The notes: generated from the sequence alone by a model not told the origin. Shown: positions 31,003 through 40,631, counted from the first letter of the stretch. The stretch: DNA of 59,451 bases from Candidatus Thorarchaeota archaeon SMTZ1-45 (GCA_001563335.1 LRSL01000015.1:1-59451), one strand, 5' to 3'. Numbers and translations: made by a program.

Positions 31003-31161
31003 ATGCCAGTAGCTGACATCGAAAAACGTAGATTAGCACAGCACTATCAGCTGTACAAGTCCATTTGCCGTTATTGTGGAGCAACTAATCCACTAAAGGC
31101 AAAGAAATGCAGAAAATGCAAAAACAAGGACATCAGACCAAAGAGGCGTCAGAAGAAGTAG
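31003..31161 (+). CDS. rpl40e: 50S ribosomal protein L40e
   Basis: ICRYCGATNPLKAKKCRKC..DIRPK. Confidence 0.92.
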   Translation: MPVADIEKRRLAQHYQLYKSICRYCGATNPLKAKKCRKCKNKDIRPKRRQKK

Positions 31162-31186
31162 TTCGTTGCTCCTATGGCAGGTAATT

Positions 31187-31294
31187 GGGCCGGTGGTCTA
31201 GCCTGGTTATGACGTCGCCTTCACACGGCGAAAATCGGGAGTGGATCATGACATATGTCAGATTCACCGAATTCGAATCTCCCCCGGCCCACCA
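31187..31294 (+). tRNA. tRNA-Val(CAC) with a 30-nt non-canonical intron in the T arm (~31242-31271)
   Basis: Acceptor GGGCCGG/CCGGCCC + ACCA; anticodon arm TCGCC-TTCACAC-GGCGA; T arm GGGAG/CTCCC with loop TTCGAAT forms only after removing TGGATCATGACATATGTCAGATTCACCGAA. Confidence 0.88.
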
Positions 31295-31377
31295 TTGTTT
31301 CTTATTTCATAGCGTTAGAGTTATAACAAATACATTAGCCGTGGCATCAGAATGTGGAGCTAAAGAAATGATTCAGC

Positions 31378-31399
31378 TTCGAGTCTCGTCCGGCCACCA
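31378..31399 (+). repeat. Degenerate tRNA 3'-end copy downstream of tRNA-Val
   Basis: TTCGAGTCTCGTCCGGCCACCA resembles the T-loop-to-CCA segment of tRNA-Val/tRNA-Ala. Confidence 0.55.
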
Positions 31400-31428
31400 C
31401 ACACAAACAACAAAAATGGTGTTTAGAA

Positions 31429-31644
31429 ATGCCAAAACAGATCTATGATGTCGACAAGTTTCTCGAGATGACAGAGGATGCTCAGGAGTGCCGTGTCAAG
31501 AGAGGCAAGGATCAAGTCAAGTTGAAGCTCCGAACCAGAAGTTACCTCTATACACTCATTGTTGATCCCCAGAAGGCAGAAGAGATACTCCAACAGGTCA
31601 AATGTCAAGTTGTCGAGGCACGATCTGGTGGCGGAGAAGCCTAA
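31429..31644 (+). CDS. rpl38e: 50S ribosomal protein L38e
   Basis: MPKQIYDVDKFL...VKLKLRTRSYLYTL. Confidence 0.92.
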   Translation: MPKQIYDVDKFLEMTEDAQECRVKRGKDQVKLKLRTRSYLYTLIVDPQKAEEILQQVKCQVVEARSGGGEA

Positions 31645-32906
31645 ATCTCGATAGACTCATTTATTTCTGGAACATGAGCTACACATTTTCGTTTTTCTAA
31701 TCTCTCAGCGAGCGCGTCGCACGACTCGGACTCACCATGAACAATATAGAATTCTGGCTCACCTGGTATCTTCAGAAGCATGTCCAGCATGCCCCTTGAA
31801 TCAGAGTGTGATGATAGATGATGCTGACGGACATCAGCAGTCACTTCAAACAGGCGTCCACCAACAGTTACTTTTCTTTTGGCAAGGAGTTCTTCTCCAG
31901 GTGTTCCAGGGATCTGGAAACTGACTAGTACAATAGAGTTGTTTGGATTGTCATGAACCATCTTGAAGTAGAGGTGTGATGCACCGCCCTTGAGCATTCC
32001 AGCAGGGGAGATTATCACTCCACCATTCTTGACTGCATTTGTACGGTCTCGATTGTCGTTTATGATGTGCGTGCGTCCAACAGCACGTTGGAATGCTTGA
32101 GGACTCTGTAGGTATTCTGGGTGCTTCACAAGCACATCGTTCACAGCTCGAGCCAGTCCATCTAAGTAAATGGGGTATTTGTATGGTAAACCGTGTTTCT
32201 CAAGAATACACATTATCTCTTGGCTTCGACCTACTGCAAAGGCAGGTATTAAGACAGTGCCACCTCGTTCAAGCGTTTCAATCACTGAGTCCATCAGGGC
32301 GAGTTCAATCTCTTCTCGATTGGGGTTGGTTCTTCTCGCATATGTGCTCTCAGTTACAACGATATCATGTTTTGGAAGGTTCTTTCTTGCTCCAGGGTTG
32401 AGCTGAGACTCTGTTGCATTGAAGTCCCCGGTGAACAGGATTCTCTTTCCATTAACTCTAACGGATACCATAGAGCTTCCTGGGATGTGCCCTGCATTGA
32501 ATAGGGTCATCTCAAAGTGGTGTCCTAATGGAACTGTTTCTTCGTAAGCTGTTGCTTGACATTGCCGCTTGACAAGAGTAATGTCCTTACGTGAATAGGG
32601 CAAGGGACCCCTCGATATGTTATACATGTCACGAAGAAGTAGAGTACTCAGATCACGGGTGGCGGGTGTACAAAATAACGATGCCTCACTCTGCGAAAGG
32701 ATTCGTGGAATCCCACCGGAATGATCTAAATGAGAATGCGTGAGAGCCACGGCCTGCAACTCATCTGTAGGGACCATGTCTGGAAACGAGGGTGGCTCTG
32801 TAAACTTCACACCATAGTCAACTAAGACACTTTCGTTTCTATCTTCAACAAAGAATCCAGACCGACCAATCTCGCGACAAGAGCCTAGAAATGTGAGTTG
32901 TGACAT
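31641..32906 (-). CDS. Beta-CASP metallo-beta-lactamase ribonuclease (no KH domain)
   Basis: THSHLDH, AGHIPGS, TGD, ESTY, PAFAVGRSQE, SSHSD, VHGE. Confidence 0.9.
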   Translation of the reverse strand: MSQLTFLGSCREIGRSGFFVEDRNESVLVDYGVKFTEPPSFPDMVPTDELQAVALTHSHLDHSGGIPRILSQSEASLFCTPATRDLSTLLLRDMYNISRGPLPYSRKDITLVKRQCQATAYEETVPLGHHFEMTLFNAGHIPGSSMVSVRVNGKRILFTGDFNATESQLNPGARKNLPKHDIVVTESTYARRTNPNREEIELALMDSVIETLERGGTVLIPAFAVGRSQEIMCILEKHGLPYKYPIYLDGLARAVNDVLVKHPEYLQSPQAFQRAVGRTHIINDNRDRTNAVKNGGVIISPAGMLKGGASHLYFKMVHDNPNNSIVLVSFQIPGTPGEELLAKRKVTVGGRLFEVTADVRQHHLSSHSDSRGMLDMLLKIPGEPEFYIVHGESESCDALAERLEKRKCVAHVPEINESIEI

Positions 32907-33097
32907 GTGTTGTTACTTCCTTTTCTCGAGCCAGCACGAAATCAAGAAAAAGGTTTGGCATGGGGCTTCCTTAGTTCCTTTTTAACAAACCGGAAAAATG
33001 ATGAATTAACATGTTTTAAACTCGAAACGAAATCTATATCAGATAAGGACCGCTTCTGTCCTGTGAATGGCCACAGTAGTAGGCGGAGAGACTTCGG

Positions 33098-33436
33098 GTG
33101 ACGGAGGAAAACACTGGCAAGAAGTCCAGCAGCAAGAAAGCCAACACGGAAGAGCTGCAGGACAGCGACAGCATGGATTGCATCTTAGTTGGCAACAAGA
33201 ATGTGATGTCTTATGTTCTAGCCTGTGTGACCTTGTTTAACAAGGGAGCAGAGGAGGTTGTCATCAAAGCAAGAGGGAGGCTAATTAGCCGAGCCGTGGA
33301 TGTTGCTGAAATTACTCGTCACAGGTTTATATCTGACCTCACGGTGAAGAGCATAGAAATCGGTACTACCACTGTTCAGACGGACAAAGGTAGCGACCTC
33401 AACGTATCGACAATTGACATCACGTTGACAAGGTAG
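33098..33436 (+). CDS. albA: DNA/RNA-binding protein Alba
   Basis: [34 protein letters not shown]. Confidence 0.92.
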   Translation: MTEENTGKKSSSKKANTEELQDSDSMDCILVGNKNVMSYVLACVTLFNKGAEEVVIKARGRLISRAVDVAEITRHRFISDLTVKSIEIGTTTVQTDKGSDLNVSTIDITLTR

Positions 33437-33507
33437 CTGAGTGTTCTGTTGATTCTCGCCCGAAGCCCAGTCTTCTCGGAGCCTTCGAGATTGGCGAGGA
33501 TTGACAA

Positions 33508-34101
33508 ATGCGACTACCTGTATGTAACTTCGATCTTGAATCGGATATGTTGTGTACAAGTTGTCAGGCAAAGCTTGACCGCGGAGAGATTACAACTTTT
33601 GATATTGAATTTAGCAAATGGATGCTAGAGAAGGAGAAAGAACATCCAAATCTAGAAGATCTCACTCTCCTACGAGCAACTAGAATAGAAAGTCGTCTAA
33701 TTCTTATCGTGAAACCAAAAGGAAAGGATCTTCTTCTTGCTGAAGAAACGCTCATGAACGAGCTCGAAGAAAGATTTAGAGAAGTAATGATTTTTGAAGG
33801 TCCCGCCAAACTGAGACGGGTCATTCGAGAGTTCATTGCTCCAGCAATTGAGGTGGGAGTCAATAGTCTGTATCTTCCTGATGGGTCAAAAGAGAGTATT
33901 GTGATGCTTCGTAAAGAAGATCGTGAGAGAATCAAATATTCAGTTGGTGAGCTCAGATCTATTGTGTCTGCAATCATGAATGAATCAGTTCTTTTTGAAT
34001 TTCAGAAAGACAGATTGAAGCCAGACCTTGAGGATGAGGCGCCTGATGAATTTGAACAGCGGATGGAGGAAATGAGTCAACGAAGGTCTAGACGACGATG
34101 A
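33508..34101 (+). CDS. Archaeal NusA-like protein (zinc knuckle + KH-like)
   Basis: N-terminal LPVC..D...LC..C..KL..GEIT..D and GVNSLYLPDG pattern. Confidence 0.65.
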   Translation: MRLPVCNFDLESDMLCTSCQAKLDRGEITTFDIEFSKWMLEKEKEHPNLEDLTLLRATRIESRLILIVKPKGKDLLLAEETLMNELEERFREVMIFEGPAKLRRVIREFIAPAIEVGVNSLYLPDGSKESIVMLRKEDRERIKYSVGELRSIVSAIMNESVLFEFQKDRLKPDLEDEAPDEFEQRMEEMSQRRSRRR

Positions 34102-34102
34102 T

Positions 34103-35473
34103 TCAGACACGGTTTATTGGATGATTCTTCATGATCTCTCGCATCACTACTGTAGCGTAAGACCCTTTCCGAAGGGAGAATCGCATCAACAGACCCTCAT
34201 CTGAACATGAACTTTCTAAATCTGGTAATCTTATGGATGCAAGATGCAATCCCCCGGGTGAATCCAATGATTTCATCTTTGCATTTCTGAAATCAGCAAG
34301 TTCGATTTCCTCATCTATCAGAATCTGCCTGATGAAATCAGATTGCTGAGTAGGTGGCATTCTTGTCGAGTACCCTAGAATTGGCAAAGCAAGTCCATAC
34401 TCCTCTGATTCTACCTGCTGGCATCTTTCTTCTAGCGTAGATTCTGTTACATAGAGCCAAGTATCCCGACCAGAATGTGGTTCATCAAGTTTGATGAGAA
34501 AGTCACCAACTTCTGGAGTATTAACTGATAATCCCTCTTTCGCACGTTTACTGAGGATGCGATTGAAAAGGTAAGATTGGAATGCATGTACTTGTAGAGT
34601 CAAAATTCTTGGGGTTATTTTTTCAACCGCTCTTTGATAGTCATTAGGATGTTTCATGAGTTCTTTCAAAACAATCTTCTCGTAGCCCATGTCCTCAGGA
34701 AGAGATTCAATCATCTTTGGAGTGGGGAGAAGGTTCTCGGATAGCTCTAATCTAATGTTGGTTAACTCTTCAGATTCATATTCACTTGTAGTTGTGAGTA
34801 TGGCGCGAATAGCCCTTTCAAAGTCCCGTTTTATCAACGCCTTTCCTACAAGATGTGTATTTGGTCTAACAATACCAAATCTCTGAACTCCAAAGTAATT
34901 CAGAAGAGGTGTTTCATGAAGTTGATTTACCGACTCTATTGCACGCTTACAATCTGGAGTTATATCCCTGAGGAGAATCGTAAATCTGTTACCCCAGAGA
35001 TCACCAATCCGGACCGGATGCCTTGTATAGTGAATATCACGGATATTAATCCGACTAAGCCTTAGTGTGAGTAGTGATTCAGCAACCTTTGCAGGAACAC
35101 TCATTGATTGAACAGTAATAGCACGTTTGTCCTTGAGACCCGCATAGGTGATGTGGTTCCTAGAGATTCTGAGTGATGAAGCTAAAATGTTGGCGACACC
35201 CATGGTTGAGAGGCCCATTTTCTGAAGTGTGAATGTGACATATCTATCCGATTTCCCTTCCACCGTGAGCGGTATTTCATTCAACTCAGACCATTCATGC
35301 ATGCAAAGAATCGTCCCATCAGCTAAGATTTCTTCTACAACAAAGTCCTCGAATCGTGTCTTCAGCTTACCTTCGATACCTGGAAAATCGGTTGAATAGA
35401 GTTCCATTCCTAATGTTTTTTCAAGAGGATGGGCATCAATCATTTTGCTCACTCTATAGTAATTTGAGCTCAC
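34103..35473 (-). CDS. truD: tRNA pseudouridine(13) synthase TruD
   Basis: EDFVVEE, YAGLKDKRAITVQ, NYFGVQRFG, GSYATVVMRE. Confidence 0.95.
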   Translation of the reverse strand: MSSNYYRVSKMIDAHPLEKTLGMELYSTDFPGIEGKLKTRFEDFVVEEILADGTILCMHEWSELNEIPLTVEGKSDRYVTFTLQKMGLSTMGVANILASSLRISRNHITYAGLKDKRAITVQSMSVPAKVAESLLTLRLSRINIRDIHYTRHPVRIGDLWGNRFTILLRDITPDCKRAIESVNQLHETPLLNYFGVQRFGIVRPNTHLVGKALIKRDFERAIRAILTTTSEYESEELTNIRLELSENLLPTPKMIESLPEDMGYEKIVLKELMKHPNDYQRAVEKITPRILTLQVHAFQSYLFNRILSKRAKEGLSVNTPEVGDFLIKLDEPHSGRDTWLYVTESTLEERCQQVESEEYGLALPILGYSTRMPPTQQSDFIRQILIDEEIELADFRNAKMKSLDSPGGLHLASIRLPDLESSCSDEGLLMRFSLRKGSYATVVMREIMKNHPINRV

Positions 35474-35822
35474 CAGTTACCTCGTCAATAATCTCCGCTT
35501 TAGCAGGACCAATGCCAAGAACCGTAGTTGTACCAGGGGGTAGTTCGGTCATTCCAGCATCACGAATCAATGCATAAGGTAGATTATGACTTGCAGCTTG
35601 ACGTCTTAAGTCGAGAAGCTCCTCTTCAGAACTCACCTTTACAGCCACCTTCTTTTGACCTTCACGTAGCCACGCTTTCCATATGTCCTGCTTGAGCACT
35701 CTTGCCTGCTCTGTAGATGATACAGATCCGTGGGCCACCTGGACTGCAATCTTACCTCTACTCATTCCAAGGTCGGTACGGACAGCAATGACTTGTTTGT
35801 ATACGAATGTTCTTTCAGTCAA
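35454..35822 (-). CDS. pth2: Peptidyl-tRNA hydrolase Pth2
   Basis: RTDLGMSRGKIAVQVAH, GQKKVA, DAGMTE, GIGP. Confidence 0.95.
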   Translation of the reverse strand: MTERTFVYKQVIAVRTDLGMSRGKIAVQVAHGSVSSTEQARVLKQDIWKAWLREGQKKVAVKVSSEEELLDLRRQAASHNLPYALIRDAGMTELPPGTTTVLGIGPAKAEIIDEVTGELKLL

Positions 35823-35972
35823 AGAAGATAACTCCTAGATGAGTTGAGTCCGTAGGTTCATCAGAGGGGAGAGTTAAAAACGTGGTTGTAAAAACAAGCA
35901 GTGTTGACTATGTTGTTGAAGCGGATTTTGTATGAGCTTTTTATCTTTTGACATGACTATGTTCTGACTTCA

Positions 35973-37130
35973 ATGCTTGTTCACAGGGCCTATAGATATG
36001 AACTAGATCCGAATAACTCGCAGAGATCCTCTCTCCTTCAACATGCTGGAGTGTTTCGATTTACCTACAACTGGGGACTTGAACAACGAATTGCACTCTT
36101 CAAAAAGAACCAAGGAGCTGCAAGGTTTACTGATGCAATGAAACAACATAAGCTGTTGACAAGTTTGAAAAAGACACATTTCCCTTGGATGTACGAATGT
36201 TCAAAATGCGCCCCGCAAGAGGCTTCGAGAGACTTGCAAAGAGCATTCAATAATTTCTGTCGAGGTATGAAGACTGGAAAAAGAGTCGGATTTCCTAGGT
36301 TCAAAAAAAGAGGTGTGAATGATAGTTTCAGATTGTATGGAACAATAAGATTTGAGGGACAGAAGATTAAACTCCCAAGAATCGGAAAGGTTCGGATAAA
36401 AGAGAAGAGAAAGAAATACCATGATGGAAAGATTCTCTCTGTCACAGTAAGAAGAAGAGCAGACAGATGGTTTGTATCTATCTCTGTTGAAGAGGAGATT
36501 CCTGATCCAAAACCCATTGAAGGAAAAGCAGTGGGAGTTGACCTTGGAATCAGGACCTTAGCAACACTCTCTGATGGCACAATCTTCCTAAACCCGCAGG
36601 CATTAGGAGTACGATTGAATAAACTAAGAAAACTGTCAAAGAATCTATCAAAAAAACGGAGTGGGAGCAATAACCATGAGAAAGATAAGCTGCGATTATC
36701 CAAAATGCATCTGAAAATATTCAATATTCGACAGGACGCTCTCCATAAGTTGACAACCTATCTTGCCAAGAACCACAGCACGATAGTGATTGAAGACTTA
36801 CATGTGTCAGGATTGATGAAAAATAGGAGGTTGGCTAGAGCTATTGCAGATGTGGGTATGTTTGAGTTCAGAAGACAATTGAGATACAAGTGTCGATGGT
36901 ATTGATCAAAACTCCTTGTTGTATCGAGGACATATCCTTCATCAAAGAAATGTTCGAACTGTGATAATAAGAAAGAAATAACCCTATTAGAAAGAGAGTA
37001 TAGTTGTAAAATTTGTGGTTTGAGGATTGACCGAAACTTCAATGCTGAATGTAATCTAGTCGCCGTTAGTTTGCCGGAAACTCAAAATGCCTGTGGAGAG
37101 GATGTAAGACTTCGATTCACTCCCTCGTGA
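35973..37130 (+). pseudogene. tnpB: tnpB pseudogene (in-frame TGA at 36903-36905; RuvC-III D to N)
   Basis: HTH AYRYEL, VGVDLG, IVIEDL; frame continues after the stop with YPSSKKCSNC...CKICG..IDRNFNAECNL. Confidence 0.88.
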
Positions 37131-37217
37131 GTGAATAAGAAGCGAACCTTAGTGAAGCAGGAACCGAACTTCAATCATGGATCTTGACATCCAAGATTGT
37201 CTAAGTTTCGGAAAACG
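37065..37217 (+). ncRNA. Putative omegaRNA/right-end region of the tnpB element
   Basis: Conserved-looking GCCTGTGGAGAG and GAAGCAGGAA motifs plus hairpins (ATTCAC/GTGAAT, ATCTTG/CAAGAT, CCGAAC/GTTTCGG). Confidence 0.5.
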
Positions 37218-37258
37218 GTTAAAAACGTGCTCAAAGCTCATCTAGTAGGGGTCTATTC

Positions 37259-38452
37259 ATGAACTATGACGCTATCATTATAGGTGCAGGACCTGCTGGT
37301 CTCCTTGCAGCTACAAAGATAGCAAAAGCAGGACACAATGTGATGGTCTTAGAAGAACATGAAAAAGTGGGGGAACCAGATCATTGTGCAGGTCTGCTAA
37401 GCTCATCAGGGCTAAGATCTCTGAATATCAAACCTATTGCGGATGTTGTTCAGAACACAGTTTCAGGAGCGAGAATATATGCTCCATCTGGACATTCCAT
37501 CTTTATAGAAAGAGGACAGCGTGAAGCATTTGTTGTTGATAGACGACGATTTGATTCTTGGCTTGCAAGAAATGCAGTAGATAGAGGAGCCAAGATTGCG
37601 ACTAGTAGTAAGGTTATGCATATTACAGATTCAAAAACAGGTACACGGACTGTTAAGACTAGTAACCAAAACTACGATACTAAGACTGTAGTCATTGCTG
37701 AAGGTATTCGTTCTGTTCTGTCAAAGAGTGTAGGATTTTCAGTGGTGTCTAAAAGCAACAAACTACCAGCTTATCAATACGAGGTCAAAGGCGTAGATAT
37801 TGAAGAAGACCTAGTTGAGATGTTCTATGGACGCCAACTTGCACCTGGTTTCTTTGCGTGGATCATCCCCCTTGGAGAAGGAAGAGCACGGGTTGGATTG
37901 GCAGCTAAGAACAAATCAAAGATTAGACTTGATTCTGCATTACATCAACATCCCATAATTAGTAAGAAGCTGAAGAAAGCCAAAATTCTCCGGGGCATGG
38001 GTGGGACAGTATTAGTATGCCAGCCTTTATCAAGAGTGTCAATTGATGGGATTGTTATAGTTGGAGATACTGCAGGTATGGTCAAAGCTACCACAGGCGG
38101 GGGCGTGATTATTGGAGGATTAACTGCACAGATAGGAGGAGATGTAATTAATAGTGCACTTCATGAGGATGATTATTCAGGAAAGAAACTATCAAGATAT
38201 GACAGACAATGCAAGTCATTGTATTTTCGAGAACTCCAGACGATGTACATGACTCAAAAAGCTCTCACCTCGTTGACTGACAAAGGTCTTGACTCGATTG
38301 TTCGGGATGCTCAAGAATTGGGTTTACTTGATGTTGTACGAAGAGAGGGAGATATGGACCTTCAGGGAAAGGTAATTCGCAAACTCGTTTCGGATCCTCG
38401 CACGTTCTTGTTAAGCCTAAGAGCAATGAGATACATCAACCCATTCCTCTAG
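37259..38452 (+). CDS. Geranylgeranyl reductase family FAD-dependent oxidoreductase
   Basis: IIGAGPAG, HCAGL, DRRRFD, FAWIIP, GDTAG...TGGG. Confidence 0.88.
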   Translation: MNYDAIIIGAGPAGLLAATKIAKAGHNVMVLEEHEKVGEPDHCAGLLSSSGLRSLNIKPIADVVQNTVSGARIYAPSGHSIFIERGQREAFVVDRRRFDSWLARNAVDRGAKIATSSKVMHITDSKTGTRTVKTSNQNYDTKTVVIAEGIRSVLSKSVGFSVVSKSNKLPAYQYEVKGVDIEEDLVEMFYGRQLAPGFFAWIIPLGEGRARVGLAAKNKSKIRLDSALHQHPIISKKLKKAKILRGMGGTVLVCQPLSRVSIDGIVIVGDTAGMVKATTGGGVIIGGLTAQIGGDVINSALHEDDYSGKKLSRYDRQCKSLYFRELQTMYMTQKALTSLTDKGLDSIVRDAQELGLLDVVRREGDMDLQGKVIRKLVSDPRTFLLSLRAMRYINPFL

Positions 38453-38496
38453 CTTTATGAACTGAAATAATCAAAGACTCCAAGAGGTCTAGGTAG

Positions 38497-39861
38497 ATGA
38501 CAACACCTATTCAAAACAATGTATTGGATACTGCAATCAGTATTCTTGAGCAATACACAGTCTGTGATAGGTGCTTGGGTCGACAGTTTGCTTGGTTGAG
38601 CACTGACACATCAAACTGGGTCAGAGGCAACTCATTGAAACTTACTCTTTCAATGATGGCAGATGATGATTTGAAGTCAGGAAATCAAGAAAGGGGTAGA
38701 AAAATCATTAATCTACTAGCTGGTCATGGTCTGTTTGAGCCAGCACAGACTATTGCCAAAAAGAACTTGATTGATTATGAGATAAGGACGGATTGTTACC
38801 TTTGCTCTATCAAGGGCAGTTCAATTTTTGATAGAGTTCAAGAGATATCACAAAGAGCCTCTGATTTAGTCAAAGACATCGAGTTTAACAGCTTTCTTGT
38901 TGGAACTGTACCATTTCCTATGTTAGAGGATAGACAGGACGATCTCAGAGCTAAGTACTCACTCCTTCACGCTGAGGCGCTCAAATCGGATTTCAGTAGA
39001 GAGCTTGGAAAACATCTTCATGAAACGCTAAAGAAGGAAGTAGAATTCGAGCGACCACATCTGGTTTTCATTTATGATATGGTTGAGGAGGATCTTCGAT
39101 TGCAGATAAATCCGGTTTTCATCTTCGGTAGATATCAAAAACTGGTTCGTGGAATTCCGCAGAGCAAATGGGACTGTAAGGCGTGTAGAGGTAAGGGTTG
39201 TGAGGAATGTGAGGGAACTGGAAGACGCTATCCTGACTCTATCTCGGAGTACATAGGAAATGCTGCACAGACATTGTTGAAGGGGACAAGGTTCAAGTTC
39301 CATGCTGCTGGTCGAGAGGATGTAGATGTTCTCATGCTTGGTGAGGGTAGACCATTTGTCGTAGAAATCTCAGAACCGAGAATTAGAAGTCCTGATTTGA
39401 TCCTATTAACGAAGAGAATTAACAAAGAGGCCAAAAAACGAATCAAAGTGAAAGATCTCAAGATTACCAGTAGAGAGCATTCTCAAAAGTTGAAAGAGGA
39501 CGCTTCAAAGAACATCAAAGAATATTCAGCTCTGATTCAGGCCGAAGTTCCTATAGAGAGTGCAGAACTTAGAAGGGTAGAGGCTGAACTCACAGGAAGC
39601 GAGATTGAGCAGCGTACTCCAACGCGTGTTTCACATCGGAGGAGCGATCTTGTGCGAAAGAAATTGATTCACGAGGTTCGATTGAGGAAGCTGAAAGACA
39701 ATGATATCGAGGCTTTCTTCAAAGTGCAGGGCGGCACATATGTGAAAGAGCTGGTCTCAGGTGATGGTGGTCGGACAGACCCATCAATTGCCAGCAAACT
39801 TGGAGTTTCGTGTCTATGCAAAAGGCTTGACGTGATAGCTGTTTATAGCGGCGTAACTTGA
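38497..39861 (+). CDS. pus10: tRNA pseudouridine(54/55) synthase Pus10
   Basis: CDRCLGRQF, RGIPQSKW, FHAAGREDVDV, QRTPTRV, GGTYVKE. Confidence 0.95.
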   Translation: MTTPIQNNVLDTAISILEQYTVCDRCLGRQFAWLSTDTSNWVRGNSLKLTLSMMADDDLKSGNQERGRKIINLLAGHGLFEPAQTIAKKNLIDYEIRTDCYLCSIKGSSIFDRVQEISQRASDLVKDIEFNSFLVGTVPFPMLEDRQDDLRAKYSLLHAEALKSDFSRELGKHLHETLKKEVEFERPHLVFIYDMVEEDLRLQINPVFIFGRYQKLVRGIPQSKWDCKACRGKGCEECEGTGRRYPDSISEYIGNAAQTLLKGTRFKFHAAGREDVDVLMLGEGRPFVVEISEPRIRSPDLILLTKRINKEAKKRIKVKDLKITSREHSQKLKEDASKNIKEYSALIQAEVPIESAELRRVEAELTGSEIEQRTPTRVSHRRSDLVRKKLIHEVRLRKLKDNDIEAFFKVQGGTYVKELVSGDGGRTDPSIASKLGVSCLCKRLDVIAVYSGVT

Positions 39862-39990
39862 CCGAACCAAATCTGCTATAGCTGTTGCGAAATCCTTAAG
39901 TGGTGACTCAAGAGGTCATGCTGGAACTCGGGTGCAGTTTTGACTGAATCTATGCAGTCCGAGATACAAAACCAATACAAGTGATGCTTT

Positions 39991-40287
39991 ATGGTCAAGA
40001 AGAGTCATGGCTACAGAGCACGAACCCGTGGCTTGATGAGCAAAAGAGTACGACAACGTGGACTTGGCTCGCCAAGCAAGGTGTTAGTCGACTATGAAGT
40101 AGGTCAACGTGTAGATGTAGTAATCGATCCCGGTTTCCATAGAGGAATGCCGCACCGTAGGTATCACGGCAGAACTGGTGTAGTCACAGGCTTGAGAGGG
40201 CGAGCGGTTGTGATCGATGTGGGACTTGGAAAAGCCACAAAGACACTCATAGTAAGACGCGAGCATCTCCAACCTAGCAGAGGTTGA
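39991..40287 (+). CDS. rpl21e: 50S ribosomal protein L21e
   Basis: SHGYRARTR, GMPHRRYHGRTG, RREHL. Confidence 0.95.
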   Translation: MVKKSHGYRARTRGLMSKRVRQRGLGSPSKVLVDYEVGQRVDVVIDPGFHRGMPHRRYHGRTGVVTGLRGRAVVIDVGLGKATKTLIVRREHLQPSRG

Positions 40288-40631
40288 TTGGAAAAATGCC
40301 CAAGGAGATTATCAGTGAGGAAGAAGTGACCCTCCCGCAGGTCAAGAAACTTCTTGCCCAGAGAGCAAAGGAAGGAGAACTGTCATTCCAACAGTCCATC
40401 ACACTTGAACATGCTAGTGCTTTCTCAAGGATGGCTCCTGCTGTGGCCACAAAGCTTGTGGAGAGATTGTTAAAGAGTTATGAAATCACTCGAGCTCATG
40501 CAGTCCAGATTGTGAATATTGCTCCAACCACAGTAGAAGAACTCAGGAGTATCCTAGATGTCAAGTCCACAAATCTGACAGATGAGCAGCTGCTTGAAAT
40601 TGTGGACTTAGTGATAAAAAACAGGTCTTAA
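40284..40631 (+). CDS. rpo4: RNA polymerase subunit Rpo4 (RpoF/Rpb4)
   Basis: ELSFQQSITLEH, IVNIAPTTVEELRSIL; conserved position after rpl21e. Confidence 0.9.
   Translation: MIGKMPKEIISEEEVTLPQVKKLLAQRAKEGELSFQQSITLEHASAFSRMAPAVATKLVERLLKSYEITRAHAVQIVNIAPTTVEELRSILDVKSTNLTDEQLLEIVDLVIKNRS

Larger units (their letters stand above)
35885..37217 (+). mobile_element. Non-autonomous IS200/IS605- or IS607-type tnpB element flanked by the 12-bp direct repeat GTTAAAAACGTG
   Basis: Repeat at 35873-35884 and 37218-37229; no tnpA; right end has GCCTGTGGAG...GAAGCAGGAA...AACGG. Confidence 0.7.

Noticed and set aside
31185-31448. 87 aa ORF over the tRNA-Val region (likewise the ORFs at 51304-51613 over tRNA-Ala)
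   Set aside because: These overlap tRNA genes and are spurious.
36065-36724. 219 aa antisense ORF within tnpB, and similar antisense ORFs across housekeeping genes
   Set aside because: Shadow frames of well-supported genes, with no recognisable motifs.
36903-36905. Selenocysteine or programmed readthrough of the tnpB TGA
   Set aside because: The position is normally Gly in TnpB (GGA to TGA is a single change) and RuvC-III is also mutated; pseudogenisation is simpler.
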